Positions 1-8,990 of a DNA stretch of 32,000 nucleotides are shown here, one piece after another. Below the pieces are notes generated by a model. That model did not search any database, was not told the origin of the DNA, and saw only the letters and a list, made by a program, of their open reading frames with translations. The translations under genes and the position numbers were made by a program. The DNA comes from Thermodesulfobacteriota bacterium. Its GTDB lineage: Bacteria > Desulfobacterota > WTBG01 > JAGOGO01. Location: NCBI GenBank assembly GCA_026625185.1, contig CP113000.1:1305622-1337621 (forward strand), in the 5' to 3' direction. The stretch's first letter is position 1, and each line of letters begins with the position of its first letter.

Positions 1-219
1 GTGCTTTTTCACCCCGTTAGCATTTCTCTTATTAGAAAGATTTGCCCGGCGGAATTTCTCATGGTTACTCCGGGAGTACGAGCGAGGGACGCCAAGGAAG
101 ATGATCAGAAGCGGGTCCTTACTCCCCGCGAAGCAATACACGCAGGCGCGGATTATTTAGTGATTGGCCGCCCCATCCTTCGTGCTTCTGGTCAGAAAAT
201 CGCGGCCAAAAGATTGTAG
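1..219 (+). CDS. pyrF: Orotidine 5'-phosphate decarboxylase, C-terminal part (5' end outside window)
   Basis: The ORF is open from base 1. The translation VTPGVRARDAKEDDQKRVLTPREAIHAGADYLVIGRPI matches the conserved PyrF C-terminus (TPGIR...DDQxRv.TP...GadylVvGRpI). Confidence 0.8.
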   Translation: MLFHPVSISLIRKICPAEFLMVTPGVRARDAKEDDQKRVLTPREAIHAGADYLVIGRPILRASGQKIAAKRL

Positions 220-256
220 ACGATAGGGCTGGCGCGCTCATATAACGATCCTTTTT

Positions 257-1003
257 TTGCGCATGGAAGAAAAAATCTTTGGCATAAATCCTATCCTGGA
301 AATCCTTAAATCCACCCCCGAACGGATCCAGCAGGTTTATCTACCCGCGGGAGATCTTAAAGATAAAAAGTCTCTGATTTATTCTCTTGCCCGGCACCAT
401 AATATCAAGGTGCATCGTATCTCCCAATCCAGGTTTTCTTTTCTCGTGGGGGATGTGTCTCATCAGGGTGTCGTTGGAATAGTCTCTCCGTATACCTACC
501 AATCCTTAGAGTCACTTCTGGAAAACCGGCACAGGACAAAGGGAAAAGCGCTTTTTTTGATTTTAGACGGAGTCGAAGATCCCCGGAACTTTGGGGCGAT
601 AGTGCGAAGCGCCCATGCCGCAGGTGTCCACGGTGTCATCGTCGCCAAGCACCGGTCAGCTCCGATCAATGAAGCGGCGTTTAAAGCGTCAGCCGGCGCC
701 TTTGCTCACACCCCGGTCTGCCGGGTGACCAATATTGCCTCGACCTTAGAAACCTTAAAAAAGGAAGGCATCTGGATTGTCGGGACGGATGCGAGCGCTG
801 AGCAATCTCTTTATTCAATTGATTTAACGATGGATGTGGCGGTGGTCATTGGCGGTGAGGGAAAAGGCATGCACCAGCTGGTTAAAAAACACTGTGACTT
901 TCTGCTCTCTATCCCCACGCGCGGGAAAATCAACTCCTTAAACGCTTCAATTGCTGCTGCCGTTGTGCTCTATGAAATTATCCGCCAACGGCATTTCGGT
1001 TAA
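257..1003 (+). CDS. rlmB: SpoU/TrmH-family 23S rRNA 2'-O-ribose methyltransferase (RlmB-like)
   Basis: 248 aa. It has an N-terminal substrate-binding-like region followed by SpoU motifs (LDGVEDPRNFGAIVRSA, VIGGEGKGM, IPTRGKINSLNASIAAAVVLYE). The track start is TTG at 257; ATG at 263 is an equally plausible start. Confidence 0.85.
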   Translation: MRMEEKIFGINPILEILKSTPERIQQVYLPAGDLKDKKSLIYSLARHHNIKVHRISQSRFSFLVGDVSHQGVVGIVSPYTYQSLESLLENRHRTKGKALFLILDGVEDPRNFGAIVRSAHAAGVHGVIVAKHRSAPINEAAFKASAGAFAHTPVCRVTNIASTLETLKKEGIWIVGTDASAEQSLYSIDLTMDVAVVIGGEGKGMHQLVKKHCDFLLSIPTRGKINSLNASIAAAVVLYEIIRQRHFG

Positions 1004-1016
1004 ATGCAATTGTTTT

Positions 1017-1568
1017 TCAGTCGCTGTCCAAACGTATTAGCCGCTGGCTTTTGCCAGCGCTAACAAGATTTAACTTCTCAATTATTTTTTCAGCAACGTC
1101 TTGGGGGGAGAGGTTATCCGTGTCGATAGCCACATGAGCAGCGGCCTGATACTTGGGGGTTCTTTCGGCGAGGACTTCCTGTACTTCTTCTAAAAAAGAT
1201 TTCCTCCGGGTAAGCGAGGGCCGATTGGTGTCTTCTTTGATCCGGCTGATGATAGTTTCCGGTTTGGCTTTAAGCCAGATAATAACCCCGTTCTGGCGAA
1301 GGCGTTCAATATTTTTAGGTCGCACCACGACTCCACCTCCGGCATCAATGATTGTTTGGTCCATATTGCCGGCTTTTTCAACTATCATCGCTTCCAGGCT
1401 CCGAAAAAATTCCCAGCCGTGTTTTTCTACAATCTGAGTAATACTCATTCCCCTGTCTTTCACGATCCCTTCGTCGAGATTGAATCGGGGCCATTTCAGA
1501 CGGGCTGATAATATGTTAGCGATGGTTGATTTTCCGGTTCCCCGGTATCCGATCAGAACAATGTTCAT
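1017..1568 (-). CDS. aroK: Shikimate kinase
   Basis: 183 aa with a P-loop at the N-terminus (MNIVLIGYRGTGKSTI), typical AroK length and layout, and aroE immediately upstream. Confidence 0.9.
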   Translation of the reverse strand: MNIVLIGYRGTGKSTIANILSARLKWPRFNLDEGIVKDRGMSITQIVEKHGWEFFRSLEAMIVEKAGNMDQTIIDAGGGVVVRPKNIERLRQNGVIIWLKAKPETIISRIKEDTNRPSLTRRKSFLEEVQEVLAERTPKYQAAAHVAIDTDNLSPQDVAEKIIEKLNLVSAGKSQRLIRLDSD

Positions 1569-1573
1569 GTCTC

Positions 1574-2434
1574 TTATCCCTCAATGAACTGTTCCAAAAG
1601 AACTTTTTTCATGGCATCTACTGGAGCTTTCTCTCCGGTCCAAAGTTCAAACTGAACGATCGCCTGATTAATAAACATATCGAGGCCGGAAACAGTCATG
1701 CAGCCGGCTTTTTGAGCCTCTTTGAGGAGGGTGGTTTGGGGAGGGTTATAGACCACGTCAAAAACCAGAAGCCCTGAACGGAGAAAACTGCTCGGCAACG
1801 GACTTTCCTTTGTTTTGGGATACATTCCTATTGGGGTACAGTTAATTAGTATATCCGATGCACTAAGAGTCTTTTGGAGAATATCTTCCTGTAACCGTGT
1901 CCCCTGAATATCAATCCTTCCGGTTTTTCTGAGGTCCTCAATCAAAATGTTCATCTCTTCCTCGATAATTCCCAGAATATGCAGTCTTTTTACCTCACCC
2001 CTCATGACGAGGGAAAAGGTGATGGCCCGGGCCACCCCTCCAGAGCCTAAGACCAAAACAGACTTTCCTTTAAGGTCAACTGTGAGGTCCTGGAAAGCCT
2101 TTAAGGCCCCCATCCCATCACTATTATATCCTATAAGCTCACCCTCCTGATTAACAATGGTGTTGATGGATCCGATTTTCTGCGCTAAGTCATCAAGTTT
2201 ATCCACCCAACGGATTGCTTTGACTTTATGGGGAATAGTAATGCTTGCCCCCCGGATATTTAACGCCCTGATTCCTTTTATGGCGTGTTCAAGGTCTTTT
2301 GCGAGACAGGCAACATAGACAAAATTGATTCCCAATTCATTAAATCCAGCATTATGGATCAGCGGAGAAAACGAATGTTCCACCGGGTCACCGATGAGAA
2401 CACATATTTTGGTTTTGGCATCAATTTCTTTCAT
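1574..2434 (-). CDS. aroE: Shikimate 5-dehydrogenase
   Basis: 286 aa with N-terminal IGDPVEHSFSPLIHNAGF and ITIPHK motifs, an NADP-binding GSGGVARA motif, and a 5 bp gap to aroK. Confidence 0.9.
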   Translation of the reverse strand: MKEIDAKTKICVLIGDPVEHSFSPLIHNAGFNELGINFVYVACLAKDLEHAIKGIRALNIRGASITIPHKVKAIRWVDKLDDLAQKIGSINTIVNQEGELIGYNSDGMGALKAFQDLTVDLKGKSVLVLGSGGVARAITFSLVMRGEVKRLHILGIIEEEMNILIEDLRKTGRIDIQGTRLQEDILQKTLSASDILINCTPIGMYPKTKESPLPSSFLRSGLLVFDVVYNPPQTTLLKEAQKAGCMTVSGLDMFINQAIVQFELWTGEKAPVDAMKKVLLEQFIEG

Positions 2435-2634
2435 GGTTTTAACCCCCAGGGTTTGTTTTTCCAGTTTCTCAGGTCATGTTTTCCAAAAGCGTTTTAGTGG
2501 AACTTAGGACGATGAGCGTCTTCCGGGCACATGAAAGATGTTTCGTTACAAAAAAATTGGTTTATTTTATTTCAATCTTCTGGTATAAGACAAACATAAA
2601 ATGCGGTAACGGTTATTTTTTTCAGAGGAGTGCC

Positions 2635-3084
2635 ATGCCTATAAAAAAGAAGCCTGCGAAAAAAGTTTCAATCGAAAAACGCCAGTACTTGCGTTTAGGT
2701 TATTCCCGACTTATCTCTTTTACTCACTATGATCCCGATAGCTTAGTTGAAATACCGGGGAATATGGCCGCAGTACACGACCTCAGTCAATCAGGCGTTC
2801 TCATTGAGTCTGCAATAGCCTTTGAGCCCGGGAACGTCATTGATATGGATATGGCCTTTGAGCAGGATAAAATTATTCTGGCTCAGGGAGAAGTAGTCCA
2901 TTGCAAGAAAACCAGAAAATTTCTTTACCGGACAGGGATAAAATTTCTTCGCATCGATGACGAACACCTCGCCTACTTAAAAAAATTCCTTAATAACCAA
3001 TATAAACAAGAGTTTAAACCCAAAAAGAACGATAGTAAACCCAAGAAAAAAGACCTTAAACCAAAGAAAAAGCAAAAAAAGTAA
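2635..3084 (+). CDS. PilZ-domain protein with a lysine-rich C-terminal tail
   Basis: ATG at 2635 follows GAGGAG, so the track start at 2476 is probably an upstream extension. KRQYLRL...DLSQSGVLIES resembles the PilZ RxxxR / DxSxxG c-di-GMP motifs. The tail reads KPKKNDSKPKKKDLKPKKKQKK. Confidence 0.65.
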   Translation: MPIKKKPAKKVSIEKRQYLRLGYSRLISFTHYDPDSLVEIPGNMAAVHDLSQSGVLIESAIAFEPGNVIDMDMAFEQDKIILAQGEVVHCKKTRKFLYRTGIKFLRIDDEHLAYLKKFLNNQYKQEFKPKKNDSKPKKKDLKPKKKQKK

Positions 3085-3107
3085 AGCCTTACATTACTCA
3101 ATCTCGA

Positions 3108-3941
3108 TTAATTCAAGATATCCAGTTGGCTCGGTGCGGAGATAATAACCGCTGGACCACCATGGTTTCTTACAAACCCGTAAATTTTTACTTTCCTGCC
3201 CGAAAAAGAACGGTCTATATCTTTGCTTTCCCAGGGAAAACTTTGCAGGCTGTCCATATAAATAATCGCGGTAAAGTCCTTTTCCCCGTGTTTTCCAAAA
3301 TGCAAGTATATCTTATCCCTGCCGTTAGTAACACGAATTATTGTGCCTTGCACCACGCCAATTTCTCCTATTAATTTAAAAGCCTGCTGCTCGGAAAAGG
3401 TATGGTCTTCAATTTTTCCCCATATACCCCGGTGAAAATCACGCGCCTCCTTTTGGAAGTCAAAAAACATCTTTTGATGCTTGCGGTTGGGGTACCGAAC
3501 ATCCACCAAAGCCAAACCTTTTCTGATCAATTCCCCATTAATCAGGACTCCGTCACTCCAAACATAACCCAAAATCCGTTTGTAATCATCTCTTTTTCTC
3601 CGGTCATATTCCAGCTTCACTTTCTTCCCTTCAACCAGCTTTTGGTTATAAGACATTGCTTCTTCTCCGAACATCTGTTTTTGTGGTAGCCACTGATTCC
3701 CCTCCCACCTCTTTATCTCCGGAGCATTAATTCCTAAATATCGGAGTTTTTCACCCCCCTCCAAGACAATGGTATCCCCATCTATCACCTTTGCAACCCT
3801 GGCTTCAGCAGGAAACTCATTATCAAAACAAAGGGGTTGTCTATTAATTTTTAAAAAAGCTATTGACCAAAGAACAAAAGTTAGGGCGATCAAGACAGAT
3901 GATAATATTTTTTTGCGAGATCTACTCATGAGACGCGTCAA
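3108..3941 (-). CDS. Membrane-anchored thermonuclease (SNase-like) with an extra C-terminal domain
   Basis: 277 aa with an N-terminal TM/signal anchor. VIDGDTIVL...LRYLGINAPE...YGRILGYVW...NGELIRKGLA is the staphylococcal nuclease fold signature. Confidence 0.8.
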   Translation of the reverse strand: MTRLMSRSRKKILSSVLIALTFVLWSIAFLKINRQPLCFDNEFPAEARVAKVIDGDTIVLEGGEKLRYLGINAPEIKRWEGNQWLPQKQMFGEEAMSYNQKLVEGKKVKLEYDRRKRDDYKRILGYVWSDGVLINGELIRKGLALVDVRYPNRKHQKMFFDFQKEARDFHRGIWGKIEDHTFSEQQAFKLIGEIGVVQGTIIRVTNGRDKIYLHFGKHGEKDFTAIIYMDSLQSFPWESKDIDRSFSGRKVKIYGFVRNHGGPAVIISAPSQLDILN

Positions 3942-4017
3942 TTAAGTTTAAAAATTTACCTAAAGATGATAATTTAAATCAGTCAAAATTTTATAAGTAA
4001 AAATTCCTTTACCCCGT

Positions 4018-5328
4018 GTGAAAGCTTCTAACAGGGTTGACCCTTTCAATCAAGGAATAATACTACCAGAATCTATGGTTATTGAGAATTTTATAACATC
4101 TTTTGCTCGCAAAGAAAATGCCCGGTACCTCCGTTTCTCTCCCGCGGCCTCTTTGACTGTTCCCCCGAAAAAAGACGCTATCCCCACCCTTTTATATCTT
4201 CACGTGCCTTTCTGTGAGGAACTTTGTCCTTATTGTTCATTTCATCGGGAAGTGTTTAAAGAACCTCTGGCCCGAGATTATTTTGCTGCCTTACGCAAAG
4301 AGATCCTTCTCTATAAAAACTTAGGCTACGATTTTAAGGCAGTGTATGTGGGAGGAGGAACCCCCACCGTTCTAATAGATGAACTAACCGGAACTTTAGA
4401 ATTGATAAAGAAAACCTATTCAACGACTGAAATTTCAGTTGAGACCAATCCTAACCATGTGACCAGGAAAAATATCCAGATTCTCAAAGAAATAGGGGTA
4501 AACCGTCTTTCCGTGGGGGTGCAAAGCTTTGACGATGGCTTGCTCAAGGCAATGGAAAGATATCATAAATACGGCAGCGGGCAGGAGATTGCGGAAAGGC
4601 TCAAACTCGCCCAGGGTAATTTTAACACCCTCAACGTTGATATGATCTTTAATTTTCCCCCTCAAACGCCAGCGATATTAAAAAAAGATATTGCAACCAT
4701 CCTTGATTTGGCGGTTGACCAGGTAACCTATTATCCGCTGATGGTATCATCTTCCACCCAGGGGCTGATCAAAAAAAAATTAGGAGTTGTGAAGTATGAG
4801 CGGGAAAAAAAGTTTTATCAAATAATAACCTCTTTGTTATCGCCTTATTACCAGCCGGCAACCGCCTGGTGTTTTTCCCGAAGTGAAGCCATGATTGATG
4901 AATATGTGGTTAACTTTGAAGAATACGCGGGAATCGGGAGCGGAGCAATTGGTTATCTTGGGGGATGCGCCTATGCTAATACGTTTGATATAAAAGAGTA
5001 TATCCGAGTAGTTAGTAATGGGAAACTCCCGATTGTGGCGAAAAAGGATTTTTCAATTAAAGAAAGAGCACGTTATGATTTTCTGATGAAGCTTTTTGGG
5101 CTAAAATTTGACCTGGAAGCACTAAAAGCTAAAGTCGGAGAGAATATTTACCGATATTTATGGCCAGAGATCCTATTTTTCAGGATTGCCGGGGGACTAA
5201 AAAAACAAGGAAATAGTTTTCTTCTGACCCGAAAAGGGCAATACTACTGGGTCATCATGATGAGAGAGTTTTTTATCGGGGTAAATAATTTTCGGGATTA
5301 TTGTCGGGAAAAAATAAAGTTTAGTTGA
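4018..5328 (+). CDS. Radical SAM protein, HemN/HemW (oxygen-independent coproporphyrinogen oxidase-like) family
   Basis: 436 aa with a GTG start. It carries the CxxxCxxC cluster motif (LHVPFCEELCPYCSF), GGGTP, and a HemN-like C-terminal domain. Confidence 0.8.
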   Translation: MKASNRVDPFNQGIILPESMVIENFITSFARKENARYLRFSPAASLTVPPKKDAIPTLLYLHVPFCEELCPYCSFHREVFKEPLARDYFAALRKEILLYKNLGYDFKAVYVGGGTPTVLIDELTGTLELIKKTYSTTEISVETNPNHVTRKNIQILKEIGVNRLSVGVQSFDDGLLKAMERYHKYGSGQEIAERLKLAQGNFNTLNVDMIFNFPPQTPAILKKDIATILDLAVDQVTYYPLMVSSSTQGLIKKKLGVVKYEREKKFYQIITSLLSPYYQPATAWCFSRSEAMIDEYVVNFEEYAGIGSGAIGYLGGCAYANTFDIKEYIRVVSNGKLPIVAKKDFSIKERARYDFLMKLFGLKFDLEALKAKVGENIYRYLWPEILFFRIAGGLKKQGNSFLLTRKGQYYWVIMMREFFIGVNNFRDYCREKIKFS

Positions 5329-5352
5329 CATTCTCAAAAATTAAAATATATT
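5325..5352 (+). promoter_or_regulatory. Sigma70-type promoter candidate for tRNA-Ala
   Basis: TTGACA (5325-5330), a 16 nt spacer, then TATATT (5347-5352). The predicted start is a few nt before the tRNA at 5367. Confidence 0.45.
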
Positions 5353-5366
5353 ATCTAAAAAAAATC

Positions 5367-5439
5367 GGGGCTGTAGCTCAGCTGGGAGAGTACTTGACTG
5401 GCAGTCAAGGGGTCACGGGTTCGATCCCCGTCAGCTCCA
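5367..5439 (+). tRNA. tRNA-Ala (anticodon GGC)
   Basis: A 73 nt cloverleaf folded by hand. Acceptor GGGGCTG/CAGCTCC includes the alanine identity pair G3:U70. The anticodon loop is CTGGCAG, the T-loop is TTCGATC, the discriminator is A, and CCA is not encoded. Confidence 0.93.
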
Positions 5440-5451
5440 TAAATCAAATCA

Positions 5452-5480
5452 AGAGGTTAGCAGTAACCTCTTTTTGTTTT
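5452..5480 (+). terminator. Rho-independent terminator after tRNA-Ala
   Basis: AGAGGTTA-GCAG-TAACCTCT forms an 8 bp stem and is followed by TTTTTGTTTT. Confidence 0.7.
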
Positions 5481-5597
5481 ATGGATAATTTCTAACTTTT
5501 ACATAACTCTTATAAAATAAATTTTTCCTCGTTTTGCTAAGGGAAAAGTGGAATTTGGCCTTAGTATCGTGGGAAAATTGACTATGGAAGTGATTGA

Positions 5598-5699
5598 CAT
5601 GGTTTCCTTGCCACCCCTGTTCCTATCCCAGGAGTTTTAATTCTTGTCACCTCAGGCCTCATAGATCTTGCGGTGTTAAGGAGGAAGCTTAGGAAATGA
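5598..5699 (+). pseudogene. Orphan PEP-CTERM sorting-signal remnant (C-terminal tail only)
   Basis: A 33-codon frame with no start codon, ending TPVPIPGVLILVTSGLIDLAVLRRKLRK*. This is a P-[EI]-P motif, a hydrophobic helix and a basic tail, the PEP-CTERM architecture. A stop lies immediately upstream at 5595-5597. Confidence 0.45.
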
Positions 5700-5735
5700 G
5701 GGAAGAGTTTATTAAATAAAAGAAGAAAAGAGAAT

Positions 5736-6167
5736 ATGCGAAAAATAATACTTACGACAATAGGTTTTATGCTTCTCTCGTTGCTGGGGTATGGTGCTGA
5801 TTGGAAATTTTTTAATTCGGACGCAAACGGTAACCTTTGGTTCTATGATGCCCAGAGTATTTCTCGTGAACAGGATTCGGTCAAAGTGTGGGTAAAGTTT
5901 GTATTAAGCGACAAAACTAAAAAGGAATATTTCAAGAATTTTCCAAAAAATCCTAGCATGGGAAACACAAGCTATTCCAAAGATAGGTGGGAAATAAACT
6001 GTTCAAAAAATATCAAGAGGGTCTTGTCTTCAATCTGGTGCGACACTGAAGACCACATTATTATGAATAAAGATTATCCCAATTATCCCTTCAGCGAAGT
6101 AATTGCCGATAGCATTGGTGCTAATCTCGTTGAAATCGTTTGCAAGCAAGGTGAAGAGATTAAATGA
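5736..6167 (+). CDS. Small secreted protein, surface-adhesin-E-like family (tentative)
   Basis: 143 aa with a signal peptide (MRKIILTTIGFMLLSLLGYGA). The pattern W..F.....W.YDAQSI......VKVWVK ... EINC ... IVC resembles the protein E-like adhesin domain. The family call is from memory. Confidence 0.7.
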   Translation: MRKIILTTIGFMLLSLLGYGADWKFFNSDANGNLWFYDAQSISREQDSVKVWVKFVLSDKTKKEYFKNFPKNPSMGNTSYSKDRWEINCSKNIKRVLSSIWCDTEDHIIMNKDYPNYPFSEVIADSIGANLVEIVCKQGEEIK

Positions 6168-6191
6168 TTTACCGCCCAGAATTAATTTTAA

Positions 6192-6218
6192 AAGACAATG
6201 TGTTCTTGTCCTTTTTTA
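6192..6218 (+). terminator. Weak terminator candidate
   Basis: GACAA-TGTGTTC-TTGTC is a 5 bp stem followed by CTTTTTT, 27 nt after the stop of the 5736-6167 gene. Confidence 0.4.
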
Positions 6219-6837
6219 CCTTTTCACTTTTTGCAAATCGACGAGATTCACCTAAACAATCCTCCCCCCCCTTTTTTTATTTTAAGCATACTTAATGCCT
6301 TTAATAAATACGTTGGGAAATAAAAACCAATCACTTTGATATTATTATTAAATTTTTTATGCCAGGTAAAACTGGGTTACAGAGATTGGGAACCGAGCCG
6401 TAATTTTGACGGATTCAGTATTATTTGTTGGGCAAAATAAGGATGGGTTTTGGGGAACCGAAGTTACGGGCTTGGTTCAATATAAATAAACCACCCCGCT
6501 GCAAGCAGCGAGTATTAAAAGCCAAAGCCAACAATTTCCTTCGGGGTAAGCCGCGGTGAATTTACGCGCAGAGATTAAAAAATTATTCAGGAATCATCCA
6601 GAACAACTCTTTTTCTGCATTTAGGATTGTATTGTTTTTGGATAGTAGAAAGACTAAAACAGGACAAAACAGACTTAAAGTGTACCATTCCCGGAGATTA
6701 ATTTTCCCAAACAAACTTAAAAACTCTATTATACAATTCAACGCTTCGGGAGCCAAAGGTCAAGGATTTGAATACGTTATAGCCATTTAAAGATTTCAAT
6801 GAGTTAGCTGAATTTATCTCCACCGCTCATCCCGAAA

Positions 6838-7956
6838 TTATATAGCAACCTGGTTCAAAGGTCCGAGAACGCTATAGGTATCTATACGGGAAAAGCTGGC
6901 TGCATTGTCATTGGCATTATCGGCCGTGAACCAAACGAAGTAGGCGTTATTTATTCCGGTGGTGAGGGGCGCAAATGTTTGGGACGTTATTCCTGAATAC
7001 TCCATTACTTTCGTACCGCCCAGCGCTTGAATTTGAGAAATGGTCAACTCACTGCCATGGAATGAAGGGGCATTTCCAAACTGGAAAAGCACTTCTTTGA
7101 CTCTGCGGGTCTGTTTGAAGGGATACAGATGGAACAGGATGGCTCCCAGGAAGTTAGTTTCGGCAATAGCCTCCGGAGGTTGCAAGGATAGTTGATTGTC
7201 CCGCAAGGCGTTGGCGGTGACATAATTGACAGTCCCGAATCCATATGAGTTTGGATTGTAGCCGGTCTTCCAATTGGTGGCGGTCTGTCGCAGAGCCGCT
7301 TTTGTATCAAACCAGTTCCAGGTCGGATGGTTATAACGCATCGCCGTCATTATACCGGCGTTCTCTGCGGTTAGAGCTGACAGAGTGCGGCAATCAAAAA
7401 CGCTGCAGTCCAATGTCCATTCGATTCCCGCCCCGCTGTGCCAGCCATCGCCGCCCGGAGCTATATGAAAGGCAGGAGGCGGCGTTCCGACTGGTAACAC
7501 TGATGTATAGGCAAAATTATGAGCCAGATCATGGGAAGCCGATAGATTATATTCTGAATCAGAATCCCCTCGGTACCCTTGAGCAGAGGTTGTAAAGAGT
7601 TGATAGGGCGCCCGCGAACGCACGGGATCGCCGTTATGATCATAGTTTGTTGCGGATGCGTTGAGAGTACAATTGACATTCGGGATGAAGAAACTGCCCA
7701 TATTTGTGCTGTCCACAATAATATCCGTCCCGACGTGGCCCTTGCCAAGTAATTGATTTATCACGCTTATGATTCTGGAATAAGCGTGTCGAGAGTCAGA
7801 CAAGATTTTAATCTGAGCCGCGCTTGCTTTCCCTATTCCGAAAAACAAAAAACCCCCAATAACAATGGATCCAACCAAAACAAAACGAAAGGTATTATGA
7901 TTCAATAAAAATGGGCTGTTTTTTATTTTTGGTGACATGTATGTCGGCAGTCCCAA
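6838..7956 (-). CDS. Secreted or membrane-anchored protein, possibly a divergent subtilase-like (S8) domain
   Basis: 372 aa with an N-terminal hydrophobic anchor (FRFVLVGSIVIGGFLFFGIG). TLSALTAENAGIMTAMRYNHPTWNWFDTKAALRQTA...YGFGTVN aligns by eye to the subtilisin GTSMAAPHVAG...P.w....vk..L..tA...yG.G.vn block. The Asp and His motifs are unclear. Confidence 0.65.
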   Translation of the reverse strand: MGLPTYMSPKIKNSPFLLNHNTFRFVLVGSIVIGGFLFFGIGKASAAQIKILSDSRHAYSRIISVINQLLGKGHVGTDIIVDSTNMGSFFIPNVNCTLNASATNYDHNGDPVRSRAPYQLFTTSAQGYRGDSDSEYNLSASHDLAHNFAYTSVLPVGTPPPAFHIAPGGDGWHSGAGIEWTLDCSVFDCRTLSALTAENAGIMTAMRYNHPTWNWFDTKAALRQTATNWKTGYNPNSYGFGTVNYVTANALRDNQLSLQPPEAIAETNFLGAILFHLYPFKQTRRVKEVLFQFGNAPSFHGSELTISQIQALGGTKVMEYSGITSQTFAPLTTGINNAYFVWFTADNANDNAASFSRIDTYSVLGPLNQVAI

Positions 7957-8024
7957 TTGTACAAATTTTTCTAATCTGGGTTTGTAATACTTTAGGGTTT
8001 GGGCCTTTTTTTGTGTTAAAATTA

Positions 8025-8054
8025 ATTGTATTGCTTCCTTCGCTCCCGGGTCAA
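8025..8054 (-). promoter_or_regulatory. Sigma70-type promoter candidate for the 6838-7956 gene
   Basis: On the minus strand: TTGACC (8054-8049), an 18 nt spacer, then TACAAT (8030-8025). Confidence 0.35.
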
Positions 8055-8096
8055 TTTTTTTTAAAGGTTAAAAGTAAAAGCCACTTTTTTATCTAA

Positions 8097-8297
8097 ACTA
8101 CCAATGCTATTGAATCGCTCAATTGTACCCTGAAAAAAACCATCAAAAACAGAGATTCTTTTCCCAAAGACGATGCGGTCATAACGTTTTTATATTTATC
8201 ATTCAAAAATATTCAGAAAAAATGGACAATACCCATCAGAAATTGGGGCAAGAAGCTAAATCAGTTTGCTATCCTTTATGGTGATAGAATGCCCTAA
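8097..8297 (+). mobile_element. IS256-family (mutator-type) transposase, C-terminal 66-codon fragment
   Basis: The translation is TTNAIESLNCTLKKTIKNRDSFPKDDAVITFLYLSFKNIQKKWTIPIRNWGKKLNQFAILYGDRMP*, the conserved IS256 transposase C-terminus. A stop lies directly upstream and no N-terminal part is present. Confidence 0.8.
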
Positions 8298-8332
8298 CAA
8301 AAGAGGTAACTATCAATTATCTGACACACTCA

Positions 8333-8608
8333 TTAATTTTGGTATCCCGACCAAATGTGAGCCAATAAATTATAGGTAAAAAAAACCCGGATGAGCTTTC
8401 TCGTATTAAACCCGCAACCCGCAAGAATCGCATTGATTCTATCACCCTCTTTGCCTTTGGGATGGTTGCGCTCCAGCTTGTTGTCTGATTTCAAGTGTCC
8501 AAAGATCGGCTAGATCGCTGAGCGACGCTTCAGCCATTTCCACCGGCTTAAGATCTTCTTACTCTTTTCCGTAATTGCATTACTGAAATCCTGAGAAACA
8601 ACTTTCCA
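8333..8608 (-). mobile_element. IS5-family DDE transposase, C-terminal fragment with an in-frame stop
   Basis: The minus-strand translation is ...KKILSRWKWLKRRSAI*PIFGHLKSDNKLERNHPKGKEGDRINAILAGCGFNTRKLIRVF.... A TAG replaces the Glu of the conserved RRSAIEP motif. No catalytic core lies upstream. Confidence 0.75.
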
Positions 8609-8786
8609 TTAGGTGAGCCCCTCAAATTCAGAAAACATGCTGTCATCTAAAAAATAGTTTTTTGTTTTCCGCCAAAGAGCATTGCCTAAAGGAAATTCAA
8701 TCAAAAACTTAACCATTGAATATGATATATTTTTCTAATATCAAAGATGCCCTGGATTTTTCCATGATACTTGACACCCACCTTCC

Positions 8787-8990
8787 TTAATGCCGGATGC
8801 CATAAAATTTCCAACAGAACCCCATCCGAAATTTTATCCCCGTCCCCTGATCATAAAGCTTTAGCACATGAAAAATTTTGCTCCCATCCTCTTTAGTTAA
8901 ATAAACATAACCTTCCTGACCGTCATCTTCCAAAACAATAGTGTAACCGCTGCCTTTAAAAATATTATTATAAGAACCCGGGCCATGGCG
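8787..8990 (-). pseudogene. Start-less gene fragment of unknown family
   Basis: A 67-codon frame bounded by stops, with no ATG/GTG/TTG start near its 5' end: ...GSGYTIVLEDDGQEGYVYLTKEDGSKIFHVLKLYDQG.... Coding-like continuation appears in other frames down to about 8640. Confidence 0.3.

Noticed and set aside
2476-2634. Upstream extension of the PilZ ORF (track start 2476)
   Set aside because: The extension (MFSKSVLVELRTMSVFRAHERCFVTKK...) has no domain features and overlaps the divergent aroE promoter region. ATG 2635 has a GAGGAG RBS and begins the lysine-rich, PilZ-containing part.
6264-6278. C8T7 homopolymer pair as a phase-variation switch
   Set aside because: It lies about 100 nt downstream of the nearest stop codon and is not within or just upstream of any start codon or promoter spacer I could identify.
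8836-8844. ATCCCCGTC match to the tRNA-Ala 3' arm as a possible island att site
   Set aside because: The match is only 9 nt, sits inside a coding-like fragment, and does not extend to the acceptor end. It is compatible with chance.
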